Origin: Nanobdellota archaeon
GTDB taxonomy: Archaea > Nanobdellota > Nanobdellia > Pacearchaeales > GW2011-AR1
Length of the DNA: 64,000 nt
Direction: 5' to 3'
Assembly: GCA_027334715.1 (NCBI GenBank)
Contig: DAHWUG010000001.1
Coordinates: 211,322-275,321 of the forward strand
Part shown: piece by piece, positions 29,317 through 38,752 of the stretch
Position numbering within the stretch: the first letter of the stretch is position 1
Layout: each line of letters opens with the position of its first letter
The notes under the pieces: generated by a model
The model's input: the letters and a program-made list of their open reading frames with translations, nothing else
The model's database searches: none
What the model was told of the DNA's origin: nothing
Made by a program: the position numbers and the translations under genes

Positions 29317-29832
29317 TTACTCTTTTTTTTCTTCTGTCGCTTCTTCTTTTTTCTCTGATTTCGGGGATTCGCGCGACTTTTTTCTTCTCATTGCGCGATT
29401 TTCCTTTTTCTCCTTTCCCTTTGCCTGGTCTGGAAATATTTCAGAAAGAGGCTTGTTTCCGGTCTTGAGAACTTTGAAATTAACCTGCATTGTGTCTGGT
29501 GAAAGAACTTTTCCCCTGACAGTTCTTCGCAATCTTAGACCATCTGGTTTTGGGTTTGAAACCTTTTTTTTGCCCTCTCTTTTAGGTCTTTTATGCATAC
29601 TTTTTCCATATGTAAGAAGAATTCTTTTCAGTCCAATTCCCTGAACACTTTCATGAGAGCTGAATCCTGCTTTATCGCTTGCTCCTGTGATTTCAAGCTC
29701 ATAACCCTCCAGGGCAGGGAGTATTTCCTTTCCCTGTATCTTTTCATGAAGCTCTTTTCCGAAGAGATCCTCTGTTTCCAGCTCGAACTTGTATGTTTTC
29801 CCAGATTTTTCTGAAACATTTATCTTGAACAT
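29317..29832 (-). CDS. rps6e: ribosomal protein S6e
   Basis: MFKINVSEKSGKTYKFE...ELEITGASDKAGFSSHESVQGIGLKRILL pattern of S6e. Confidence 0.7.
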   Translation of the reverse strand: MFKINVSEKSGKTYKFELETEDLFGKELHEKIQGKEILPALEGYELEITGASDKAGFSSHESVQGIGLKRILLTYGKSMHKRPKREGKKKVSNPKPDGLRLRRTVRGKVLSPDTMQVNFKVLKTGNKPLSEIFPDQAKGKEKKENRAMRRKKSRESPKSEKKEEATEEKKE

Positions 29833-30156
29833 GTTAATTATTAATTTAGAAGGTTTTTAAAGTTTTCAGACGCGGAAAATTACACATTTATCCCTATAAG
29901 AACAAGAATTAAAGCAATGATTAAATCCCAGATTCCAACTTTTTTCATTATTTTGTGGCTTCTTAAAATCTTTTCACCTTCTCTTCTGCTGAAATGCGGA
30001 AATGCAAGGAGCAGAATTCCCTTTAGAAAAACAAAAATCGCCAAAGTCAATAAAACAATGTTCCAATTCATGATTTATTAATGATTATTTAATTTTTAAA
30101 CCTGATGTAAAGTCAAGAACCATAAACGATATAAGATAATCTCTTGTCTGAAAGTA

Positions 30157-31211
30157 ATGGGTCGGGAGATTTTATGGAGTCCGTCCAGGATTGATGCTGC
30201 AAACTACTGCCGTATGAGGTATTATCTAAAATATATAGAGCACAATCAAGGCCTTCAACTGTCTGCATTTCTTAAAGGTGGTCTCTTGCATGAATTGATA
30301 GAAAATTTTTGGAATAGGCTTAATGTCAAATATTCAGATGCCGGGGAATTTGCAAAGTATGCACAAGGGAAATGGCAGCAGCAGTGCATAAGGTCAGAGC
30401 ATTCAGACAGGCCTGTTGTATGGAAATATCCCGAGGAAAGATGGGTTATAAAAAAAGATCTTGAGGGCATATGTGAAACACTATTCCCTATTTTTATGGA
30501 AGAGGGAAAGCCGATATATTCAGAACTTGGATTTACCATAAGAATCGGGGAAAAACATTTACAGGCAGAATAGACGATATAAGAAGAAGACTAGTTGAAG
30601 GAATCAAAAAAATTATAATAAGGGATTACAAATCAGGAAGACCCTCCATAGGCGAGATGAAACTGAATTTTGACCCGCAGCCAACAATTTACAACGCGGC
30701 ATTAAATGGGATGATGTCTGAGAGTGATGAAGTTGCAAGAGCCCTTGGTTTTGATGGAAGGGTAATAAATGCAGATGGTTCATTCATAAACCATGATTTT
30801 GTACAGGAATATTTCATGCTTGAAGCTGAAAATTTTGTCAGGAAAAAGGAAAGTGAAGGCAAGAAAGTGGTAATGCCTTATCTTAGGGAAGCAAGAAGGA
30901 CAGATGAACATTTTTACGAAGTAATCAGAATGATAGAAGGAACAGAAAAAGCTGTTGCTACAGGCAATATTTATGCTGAAAGAGGGAGAAAATGCGATGA
31001 CTGCGACATGAAAAATGCGTGCGCTGCAAAACTTATGAAATCATGGGAAGGACCGTTTTCTGTCAAGGGTCAAATGACTTTTGATTTTGCAATTCCCAGA
31101 TTCGCAAAAACAGAAACAAAATCGCAAAAAGAAAAAACACAGAAAAAAATAATATTCAGAAAGAAAAAGCCAGAAATTGTTGCCCCCAATCCGCTTTTTC
31201 CTTCCTCTTGA
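30157..31211 (+). pseudogene. Cas4/RecB-like PD-(D/E)xK nuclease with a C-terminal Cys cluster, split by a -1 frameshift at the G4A5 run (30547-30555)
   Basis: frame 1 ends ...GEKHLQAE*; the overlapping frame continues FTGRIDDIRRRLVEGIKKIIIRDYKSGRP (motif II/III) then ...CDDCDMKNACAAKL. Confidence 0.6.
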
Positions 31212-31248
31212 TTTTTCTTAACCTTGATTAATGAGAATTATTGGTAAT

Positions 31249-33000
31249 CTACATCCCCCAATCCGCTTTTTCCTTCCTCTTGATTTCCGCGATTTCCTGG
31301 AGGATATTTATCTCTTTTCCCGACAAAAGGTCCTTATTTTTCCTGAAATTTCTGAATTCTGATTCTCCCATGTCTGAATAAATAAAATCTACATCCCTCA
31401 TTCTTCTCTCGAAATTTATTCCAGGAACAGAGACTGCAAGCTCCTCGTCCTCATGAGCTTCTTCAACGCTTCTCTTTTCTTCCTGCATGTTCTTTATCTT
31501 TCCAATTTTCTTGCCTGTTGAATCCATGAAATGAATTCCAGGCACAAGCTTGCCTGCTTCAACCTTTACCCCAAAAATTGCAGGGCTTGTATTCCTGAAA
31601 ACATATTGCTTTAAAACTCTGAGCTTGCACAATTGAGTAAGCCCTAGAAGCCTTGTTTTTTCTATTTCTTTTCTTTTTTCATCCCTGAATTTTACTAAAT
31701 TTTCTATAAGCTTGTAAATAACCTCATCTGTAAGAACCTTGACATTTCCCTGCATTTGCCTTGCTTCATCATCCATTGAAACATTAAAGCCAAGAATTAC
31801 TGCATCAACCTCATTAATTTCCAGATTTGCCTTTGCGTTTAAAATATCACTCTTGCTTATTTTTCCTATACCTGCCTTAAGCACCGGAATATTTGCCTGT
31901 TCCAAAAGAATCATCAATGCTTCTAGGCTTCCAAGGGAATCTGCCTTGACAATTATACCGCTTGAATCTGTTTTTATGTTTTCAGACAATTCTTTCTGGA
32001 ACATTTTTTGAATCTCATTAAGATTGTCCTTGAAGACGACAAACGGCATTCCCGGAAGAATGTCAATGCTTTCTGTTAGCTGCATTCGCAAGCCGGTCGC
32101 AGCTGTGACTTTTTCCTTTGGAGAAAACTTGTCGCTTATAGGAAGAATCTCCTCCAAAACACGGATTTTCACAACAACAGGTTTTGCTTCCAGATTTGCA
32201 ACAGCAATCTTGTCCTTTTTTGAAAGCTCCCCATCGTAAAGTATTGATTCCAGATAATAATTCTCTTTTTCTTTCTTTATTTCCAGGACAACCCCTTTTG
32301 CCTCGCTGCCAAGAGTAATCCTGTTTTCAAGATATTTCTGGCTTAAGCCGCACAGCATAAGTGTTAGTTCTGGAATTCCCTCGCCTGTTCTTGCAGAGCA
32401 AGGAACAAGAGCTATTTTTTTTGTGAAATCAGTTATATTATAGTAAATGTCTGCATCAAAGCCATAGCTGTTCAATGAGCCAATCAAAGTTAGATATTTT
32501 TCGTTGAAGTCCATTGCGGTATTTTTTGCCTGGGACTCAATGCTTTCCCTTAAATTCTCATTATTCCTCTTCCATCCATGAATATTGTCTATTTTATTCA
32601 GTGCGATTACGAAAGGAGTTTTGTTATGCTTCAAAATCTGTATTACCTCTGATGTCTGTGGCTTTATCCCCTCATTTATATCAATGACAAGGACAGCGAG
32701 GTCTGCTAGAGAACCTCCGCGCTTTCTCAAATTAGTGAAAGCTGCATGGCCAGGCGTGTCAATAAGAAGAAATCCCGGAATGTCAAGCTTAATTCCGCTC
32801 TTATCAATCAAAGGGCATGCTTTTTTCAGATTTTCAGCAGGATATAATGTGAAAGAAATCTTTTGCGTTATCCCCCCTGCTTCGCCTGTTGCAACACTGC
32901 TTTTTCTCAGCCTGTCCAGTATGCTTGTCTTACCATGATCAACATGACCGCAGACCGTGACAATCGGCTGACGGATACGGTTATTGGCTATGGTTCTCAT
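31249..33000 (-). CDS. infB: translation initiation factor aIF5B (IF2)
   Basis: QPIVTVCGHVDHGKTSILDRLRKSSVATGEAGGITQ; probable start at the internal Met (MRTIANN). Confidence 0.85.
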   Translation of the reverse strand: MRTIANNRIRQPIVTVCGHVDHGKTSILDRLRKSSVATGEAGGITQKISFTLYPAENLKKACPLIDKSGIKLDIPGFLLIDTPGHAAFTNLRKRGGSLADLAVLVIDINEGIKPQTSEVIQILKHNKTPFVIALNKIDNIHGWKRNNENLRESIESQAKNTAMDFNEKYLTLIGSLNSYGFDADIYYNITDFTKKIALVPCSARTGEGIPELTLMLCGLSQKYLENRITLGSEAKGVVLEIKKEKENYYLESILYDGELSKKDKIAVANLEAKPVVVKIRVLEEILPISDKFSPKEKVTAATGLRMQLTESIDILPGMPFVVFKDNLNEIQKMFQKELSENIKTDSSGIIVKADSLGSLEALMILLEQANIPVLKAGIGKISKSDILNAKANLEINEVDAVILGFNVSMDDEARQMQGNVKVLTDEVIYKLIENLVKFRDEKRKEIEKTRLLGLTQLCKLRVLKQYVFRNTSPAIFGVKVEAGKLVPGIHFMDSTGKKIGKIKNMQEEKRSVEEAHEDEELAVSVPGINFERRMRDVDFIYSDMGESEFRNFRKNKDLLSGKEINILQEIAEIKRKEKADWGM

Positions 33001-33348
33001 AAATAAAATGGGTGTGAAAACAACTTTAAAAACGCTATGGAAAAGAGGAGTTAAAAAATAATGGTAAGCAAAAATAAGCCTGTTTTTGAATGCAATCAAA
33101 ACGAAATTAAGTGGAATTTAATAAATAACTTGCTTGCTGGATTATTGGTTTTCTTCGATGCTTTTACTGGTGCTGGTTTTCACTTTACTTTAGAAAGCGT
33201 TATAATTGCTGGTGCAACATCATTAATCGTCGCTCTTTCTAAATTTAAAGATTATTGGGCGACGCAAGAAAACGAATACAAAACAAAAAAATGCTGTTTA
33301 ATTTTGTTGGTTAATTAGGTTTATAACTAAAGATTTTATATTACTTGT

Positions 33349-33978
33349 ATGAGTGATAAAATAACTGTTAAAGAATTTAATACTTGGCAGAGATTAATGA
33401 AAAGAGGAGATAGTTTTTTAGACATTGGTTGCTGGGATGGAAGTTTAGTTAGTAAATTATTGAAGAAAGGAGTTGACGCATTTGGAATAGATATTGATAA
33501 AGATAAATTAGCTTTGGCGGATTTTAAAATAAAAGATAGATTAAAATTGGCGGACGCAACTAAAACTATCCCATTTAAACAAAAATTTGATTTTATTTTG
33601 CTCTCAGAAGTTTTAGAGCATGTTAATTCCGAGGAAGAATTGATTAAAAATGTTTCTAAATGTCTAAAAAAACAAGGTTATTTAATATTGACAACTCCTC
33701 GAAGCGTAAGAGGATTTCAAATATGGGACCCTGCTTGGGTTAGATGGAAGTTTGGGGGAGCATTCCATCATCATTATACCTTAGAACAACTTCAAAAACT
33801 TTTATCGAAGCAAAACATAATTATAGAAAAGTATGCTATAGGCGGTTCTCTCTCTTGGGTAATTTCAAGATGGTGGAGTGTATTAATAAGGTATGGATTA
33901 AAAATAAACACAAAATTAACTCATTTTTCAGAACGAGATGGATTTTGCGACTTTAAATTGATTGCTCGTAAAAAATAA
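33349..33978 (+). CDS. class I SAM-dependent methyltransferase
   Basis: FLDIGCWDGSLVSKLLKKGVDAFGIDID. Confidence 0.6.
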   Translation: MSDKITVKEFNTWQRLMKRGDSFLDIGCWDGSLVSKLLKKGVDAFGIDIDKDKLALADFKIKDRLKLADATKTIPFKQKFDFILLSEVLEHVNSEEELIKNVSKCLKKQGYLILTTPRSVRGFQIWDPAWVRWKFGGAFHHHYTLEQLQKLLSKQNIIIEKYAIGGSLSWVISRWWSVLIRYGLKINTKLTHFSERDGFCDFKLIARKK

Positions 33979-34142
33979 TCAATAATTAACAGTTCATCGC
34001 TTGCCCCATGGGCTCAAAAATTTCTTTATTCAAATGGAGATATTTTTTTTTGCTTCCATTTTGTATTTTGCCCTTTATTTTCCATTTATGATATACTTAT
34101 CAGTGCAGAATTATTTTTAAAGCTTGAGATGCATATTTTTAT

Positions 34143-34430
34143 ATGGCAAATATGGCATTGTCAGAAATCTGTGAGTATATTCAAAATGGAGAAAATTGCT
34201 CCCTGAAGGTATTGGAACCATTGGAGCCATCCGGAGATTTTTTCTGCGATTATACTGTTCCTTATGAAGCGCAAATTGGAGCTAAAAACGCAACTTACAA
34301 ATCAGAGGAAGCAAAAAGCTGCCCCTTAAGGCTTAGGCAAATTGTAGCAAGAACTCAGGGTTCTCCACTTAAAATTGGAATTAAAGATGAATTAGCTACA
34401 GGACAAATTCAGGCTCACTGGAATGTTTGA
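34143..34430 (+). CDS. hypothetical protein
   Basis: ORF only. Confidence 0.2.
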   Translation: MANMALSEICEYIQNGENCSLKVLEPLEPSGDFFCDYTVPYEAQIGAKNATYKSEEAKSCPLRLRQIVARTQGSPLKIGIKDELATGQIQAHWNV

Positions 34431-34685
34431 TTAATTTTAAAAACCGAGATTTCTTTTACTAAACATGGCATTTTGGTATTATACTCCTGGAATTTTTGTA
34501 GGAATAATTGGAATATTAATGATGGTTTTCAGCTCGTATGACAATAAAAATCTTATGACCTGGGGCTTACACTGCTTATTATTTCCCTTGTTGCAGAAGC
34601 TGTTATCTGGCTTGCTACTGTAATCTAGAATTTAGAATCAGTAATTTTTTATAGTACTTATAAATATCTTCCTTAAACAAATAGC

Positions 34686-35054
34686 ATGGGAAAATCACTA
34701 TCTCCTAAAAAATTTGAATTTGTTTCTGTAGCAGAAGCAGACAGAGAAAATCTTTTACCTCCTGTTTTAATAGAACCTGAGCTTGAAAAAATAGCCCTCA
34801 GAGAAGATGTAGAAAAAGTTTTGTCTCAGCTCAGCTCAAAAGAGTCTGCAATCGTTGTAAGATATTATGGCTTAAGGGGTTATAACCCTATAATATTAAA
34901 GGAAATTGCTAAGGAATTGCACACGTCTGTTTTTAGGGTGCAATATTTTTATCATAAAGCAATGGAAAGACTGAGGGGAAGACATGATTACTATTCAAAT
35001 AGAACAGGACTTGCAGAAAGATTAGAGCCTTATTTAGAAATTTTTTTTCAATAA
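34686..35054 (+). CDS. sigma-70 region 4-like HTH protein
   Basis: LSSKESAIVVRYYGLRGYNPIILKEIAKELHTSVFRVQYFYHKAMERLR. Confidence 0.45.
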   Translation: MGKSLSPKKFEFVSVAEADRENLLPPVLIEPELEKIALREDVEKVLSQLSSKESAIVVRYYGLRGYNPIILKEIAKELHTSVFRVQYFYHKAMERLRGRHDYYSNRTGLAERLEPYLEIFFQ

Positions 35055-35061
35055 ATGAGAA

Positions 35062-35364
35062 TTAGTAATCCTGTATTTCTTCTTCGCTAGGCTCATCTGA
35101 CAAGGTTTTCTGCCCTGCAGGCATTTTGCCTTCTTCTTTTGCAGGCTCTGCCTTTAGGTCTTCCTCAGAAATGGAATCTATCATTTCCTTGAACTTTGGG
35201 AAATCTGCAGCGCCAATCTTAACTCCTGATTTTGTGAAGCCGGTGTATCTTTCAGATGTTACAAATTCCCTTATTGTCACTCCAGGACGGCCTCCAAAGT
35301 CATCGAGCCTTATGATTATGTCTGTCGTGTCGTTCTTTTTTATCTTTCCCAGGTCTTTTTCCAT
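35062..35364 (-). CDS. PC4-like transcriptional coactivator / ssDNA-binding protein
   Basis: IIIRLDDFGGRPGVTIREFVTSERYTGFTKSGVKI parallels the PC4 core. Confidence 0.45.
   Translation of the reverse strand: MEKDLGKIKKNDTTDIIIRLDDFGGRPGVTIREFVTSERYTGFTKSGVKIGAADFPKFKEMIDSISEEDLKAEPAKEEGKMPAGQKTLSDEPSEEEIQDY
35238..35280. repeat. 43-bp direct repeat, copy 1 (inside the PC4-like CDS)
   Basis: agccggtgtatctttcagatgttacaaattcccttattgtcac, identical to 36469-36511. Confidence 0.9.
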
Positions 35365-35469
35365 GATTTAGGATTGTTTTCCTGTTTATATAAAGTTTTT
35401 GATGCTTGTGTTTTGGTGCTGTAGTATAATGCTGAAAAAAGAACTATCAACAAAAGCAAATAAGCCAAA

Positions 35470-36345
35470 CTATAAACCAATTTTCATTAAAATTACACCA
35501 ACTATCATAATAACACTACCTATTATTGTTTCAGTCTTAGGTTTATCTTTGAAGAAAATAAAACTAAATAACAAAACAAATAATATTTGAGTTTTGAAAA
35601 TTGTTGAAACAACTCCAATGCTTCCGCCGCCTGTAGCAGAAAAGGCTAAAATTGTTGAAATAGCATTAAGAACCCCTAAAATAATAAATAGTTTTTTGTT
35701 ATCAAATATTTGTTTTGTAAAGTTTTCGTTTCTTAGATAGAGAATTGGCAATAGTCCGATTATAATCAGAATATTCTCAGCCAGAAGAACAAAAGTAGTA
35801 TTCTGAGGAATAGTGTTATTGATTGCGAGCTTGTCAAATGCTATTACGACGCTGCCAGCTAAAACAGATAATATCATTAGTTTTGACGCTTTATTTTTAA
35901 AAAGCAGTTTTATAGGTTTAAGTAAACCTTCTTTAGCACTACTAACATTTAAAGTATACACTCCAAACAATGTTATAAAAATACCAATTATTGCGAGAAA
36001 CCCTGGCTTCTCATTGAGGGGCGGAAGAAAAGCAACCAATAATGTAAATATTGAACCGAGAGATATAAGTGGATAAATTGCTGATAAATCGGCAATTTTC
36101 ATTGCTTTGAACTGAACAATCTGTGAAACAGTGTAAAAGAGAACGGAACCAACAATTCCAGTAATAAATAATAGGTTTAAACTCGGAATGCCTTCTTTGA
36201 TAGCAATCACTACAATAATTGGCGTTGCTAAAACTAATGTGCACCAGGTTAAAACTAAGGGGCTAACACCCTTTAGTATTCTTTTGTTTAAGATTACAGA
36301 AATAGCAAATATTACAGCTGTTATAATTGCTATATAAAACCACAT
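35470..36345 (-). CDS. EamA/DMT-family transporter
   Basis: ~10 TM helices in two repeated halves. Confidence 0.55.
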   Translation of the reverse strand: MWFYIAIITAVIFAISVILNKRILKGVSPLVLTWCTLVLATPIIVVIAIKEGIPSLNLLFITGIVGSVLFYTVSQIVQFKAMKIADLSAIYPLISLGSIFTLLVAFLPPLNEKPGFLAIIGIFITLFGVYTLNVSSAKEGLLKPIKLLFKNKASKLMILSVLAGSVVIAFDKLAINNTIPQNTTFVLLAENILIIIGLLPILYLRNENFTKQIFDNKKLFIILGVLNAISTILAFSATGGGSIGVVSTIFKTQILFVLLFSFIFFKDKPKTETIIGSVIMIVGVILMKIGL

Positions 36346-36468
36346 ATTTATTTAAAATCATTGAATGTATATAAATATATTTTCCTCTCTTATTTCTTGT
36401 AAAGTTGAATGTTGTACAGACTAACTCGAATATTGTGCAGAATTCTCAAGATTATTTATATTGTGCAA

Positions 36469-36511
36469 AGCCGGTGTATCTTTCAGATGTTACAAATTCC
36501 CTTATTGTCAC
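36469..36511. repeat. 43-bp direct repeat, copy 2
   Basis: exact copy of 35238-35280. Confidence 0.9.
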
Positions 36512-36736
36512 GCCCGAAGATGAAGAATTTATAAATAAATTTCCTGTGGATAATTAATGAATAACACAATTAAACTGCTTTATTCATTGCTCATTGGATT
36601 TGTTGCAGTAGTGATAGCGAAATTTGTCCATCCAGTCTGGAGTTTAATTCACCTGCTTATATTTGGCTTAGTAGTATTCGCTGTAACATTCATATTGACT
36701 TTATTAATAAAAAGGAAAAGAGCGAAAAAATAAGCT

Positions 36737-37057
36737 TTATCTTCTCTTGTTCTGGTTGCTTATGTGAAATACATGTTCAATCTGATGCTCTATCTTGCTG
36801 AAAACCTTGTGAAAGACGGCGTTTAGCTCAAAATCGCTTGCTTCTGCCTCCATTGTCTTTCCTGCATAACTTACCTGAGCATGAAGGCTATATTTTGTCC
36901 TTCCTCCCTTGCTGTGCTCTTTTAGTTTTATCCTGAAAGACTCAGCATCTTTTAGCATTCTGTCTATTTTTTTGGAATTTTCCTCAAATATTTTTTGAAA
37001 CTCGCTTTTAGTACTGTCTGTAAGAATTTCAAATCCTACTGTCTGGAGTTCAACCAT
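36737..37057 (-). CDS. ribosome hibernation factor (HPF/RaiA)-like protein
   Basis: size and pattern (MVELQTVGFEI...; C-terminal FELNAVFHKVFSKIEHQI resembling Y.AID.A.DKLERQL). Confidence 0.35.
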   Translation of the reverse strand: MVELQTVGFEILTDSTKSEFQKIFEENSKKIDRMLKDAESFRIKLKEHSKGGRTKYSLHAQVSYAGKTMEAEASDFELNAVFHKVFSKIEHQIEHVFHISNQNKRR

Positions 37058-37101
37058 CTTTTATTGCATGACAAAATAGCAAGATTATATAAATTTTATG
37101 A

Positions 37102-37142
37102 AAACGAAATCGCCACAACCAAAACCCTATAAAAAGTAATAC
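37102..37142. repeat. 41-bp direct repeat, copy 1
   Basis: aaacgaaatcgccacaaccaaaaccctataaaaagtaatac; one mismatch to 37937-37977. Confidence 0.85.
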
Positions 37143-37160
37143 TGTTAAGAATTTAAAATC

Positions 37161-37877
37161 CTAAGAATCATCGATTAACCCCTTAAAAATTCTCATCATA
37201 TCTCTGACTTTTATTGAATTGATTTTTCTTTCTGTGTTTCCATCTTTAAAATAACTACCAATTATTGCCGCATTACAAATTTTCATCTGATTAACAAAAT
37301 TTCTGGGATTTACGCCTGCTCCAACAACCAATGGAAAATTTCCCATAACTCTCCTAAAATCCATTAATTTTTTTGTTGGTGTCTCAATTCCAGTTCCTTC
37401 TCCTGTTGTTACGATTGCTTCACATCTTGACATTCCTTCCGCTATATCTTCTTCTAAAGCCCTTCCTGTTGGCTTAATATATTTAAATCTTACTCCCCCG
37501 AGAATAAAAATATTTTGGTATGCTATCCTATAATTATTAAAATAATCTGGAGTAATATCAGGGGAGTTAATAGTATCAAATTGCACAAACTTTGCTTCGT
37601 ACTTGTTAGCAAGAGTAAGTCCAAGATAAGGATCTCTCAGAACATTAACTCCCAATACTAAATTAGTCCCCCTCTCTTTAATTGCTTCTAAAGTTCTCTC
37701 AACGTCTTCTTCACTTCCATGATAATCTTCAACAATTACTCCGTGAATACCTTGTTGTTCAAAAATGTCAATTTCATCCAACGCTCTTTTAACTCTTTCT
37801 TTCTTATTTTCTCCTGCTAGATGGAGCATTCCAATAACTGATTTCTTAGGAAACAATTGAAAAAAATCCAATGTCAT
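37161..37877 (-). CDS. BtpA/SgcQ-family TIM-barrel protein
   Basis: SVIGMLHLAGENKKE...GIHGVIVEDYHGS. Confidence 0.55.
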   Translation of the reverse strand: MTLDFFQLFPKKSVIGMLHLAGENKKERVKRALDEIDIFEQQGIHGVIVEDYHGSEEDVERTLEAIKERGTNLVLGVNVLRDPYLGLTLANKYEAKFVQFDTINSPDITPDYFNNYRIAYQNIFILGGVRFKYIKPTGRALEEDIAEGMSRCEAIVTTGEGTGIETPTKKLMDFRRVMGNFPLVVGAGVNPRNFVNQMKICNAAIIGSYFKDGNTERKINSIKVRDMMRIFKGLIDDS

Positions 37878-37936
37878 TAAAAAATATATAACTTATTCTT
37901 TTTAAGAATTATTGTTCTTTTCGTTTAACCTTTTTT

Positions 37937-37977
37937 AAACGAAATCGCCACAACTAAAACCCTATAAAAAGTAATAC
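37937..37977. repeat. 41-bp direct repeat, copy 2, immediately 3' of tRNA-Ser
   Basis: aaacgaaatcgccacaactaaaaccctataaaaagtaatac. Confidence 0.85.
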
Positions 37978-37978
37978 A

Positions 37979-38059
37979 CGCCCGTGCCAGGAATTGAACC
38001 TGGAAGCCAGTTAAGGCCTCGCTTTCCAAGCGAGTGGAGTACCATTGTCCCACACGGGC
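37979..38059 (-). tRNA. tRNA-Ser (anticodon GGA) with a long variable arm
   Basis: acceptor GCCCGTG/CACGGGC, anticodon stem CTCGC/GCGAG with loop TTGGAAA, T-arm CCAGGTTCAATTCCTGG, 14-nt variable arm. Confidence 0.8.
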
Positions 38060-38062
38060 TTA

Positions 38063-38750
38063 TTGTAAAATCTTCTTTAACTTAACATTTTTATCTGGAT
38101 GATTAAAGCTTATAAGACTTTTGTATTTTTCTAGATTACCATCTTTTTTTGATATGACCAAGACATTGTAATCACTATGCCAAGAACCTTTTTGTTTATA
38201 TGGACCATAAACCTTTGAAAAAATTCCTATTTTTTTTCAATTCATTTATTATAGAAATTAATCCAATTCTATTTATTGACTTAACCTGAATATTCTTTTC
38301 ATATTTAATAGCATAAGCTTCGCAGTCAAAGAAACATTTTATCCATTCTTTTACTAGTTCTAAGTTTAGGCCATTCGGAATATTCCAATTTAAGCTGTCA
38401 TATCTTCCTAAATTTAATAGACCTAAGCACGCAGGTTTGTTCTTAATGCTAATCTCATAATAACCTCCTCTTTGTTTTATTGCAGGTTTTATGTTATACT
38501 CTTTTATAAATAAAGAGGCAACATCTTTTGATAAAGCAAAACTATCCAAAGCGATTTTTATTTCATAATGAACAGCATGCTTTTTCTTGCTTTCTTTTCT
38601 TATTTTTATCCAACCATCTCCGCAAAGATAAGCATTTATTGAGAATTTCTCCTTGCTAAGATTTTTAGATATTCTAATTTTAGAATGCTGTTTTTTCCAA
38701 CGGGCTTCTAATCCTAATTGACTAAATTTGAGAAATATACAAACCTAATC
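38063..38750 (-). pseudogene. degenerate LAGLIDADG homing-endonuclease gene with no start codon for the N-terminal motif and a frameshift at the T8/A8 run (38230-38237)
   Basis: in-frame upstream of the track ORF: ...NAYLCGDGW... and a second motif WIKCFFDCEAY; the open frame begins right after the Tmk-like stop. Confidence 0.5.
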
Positions 38751-38752
38751 AT

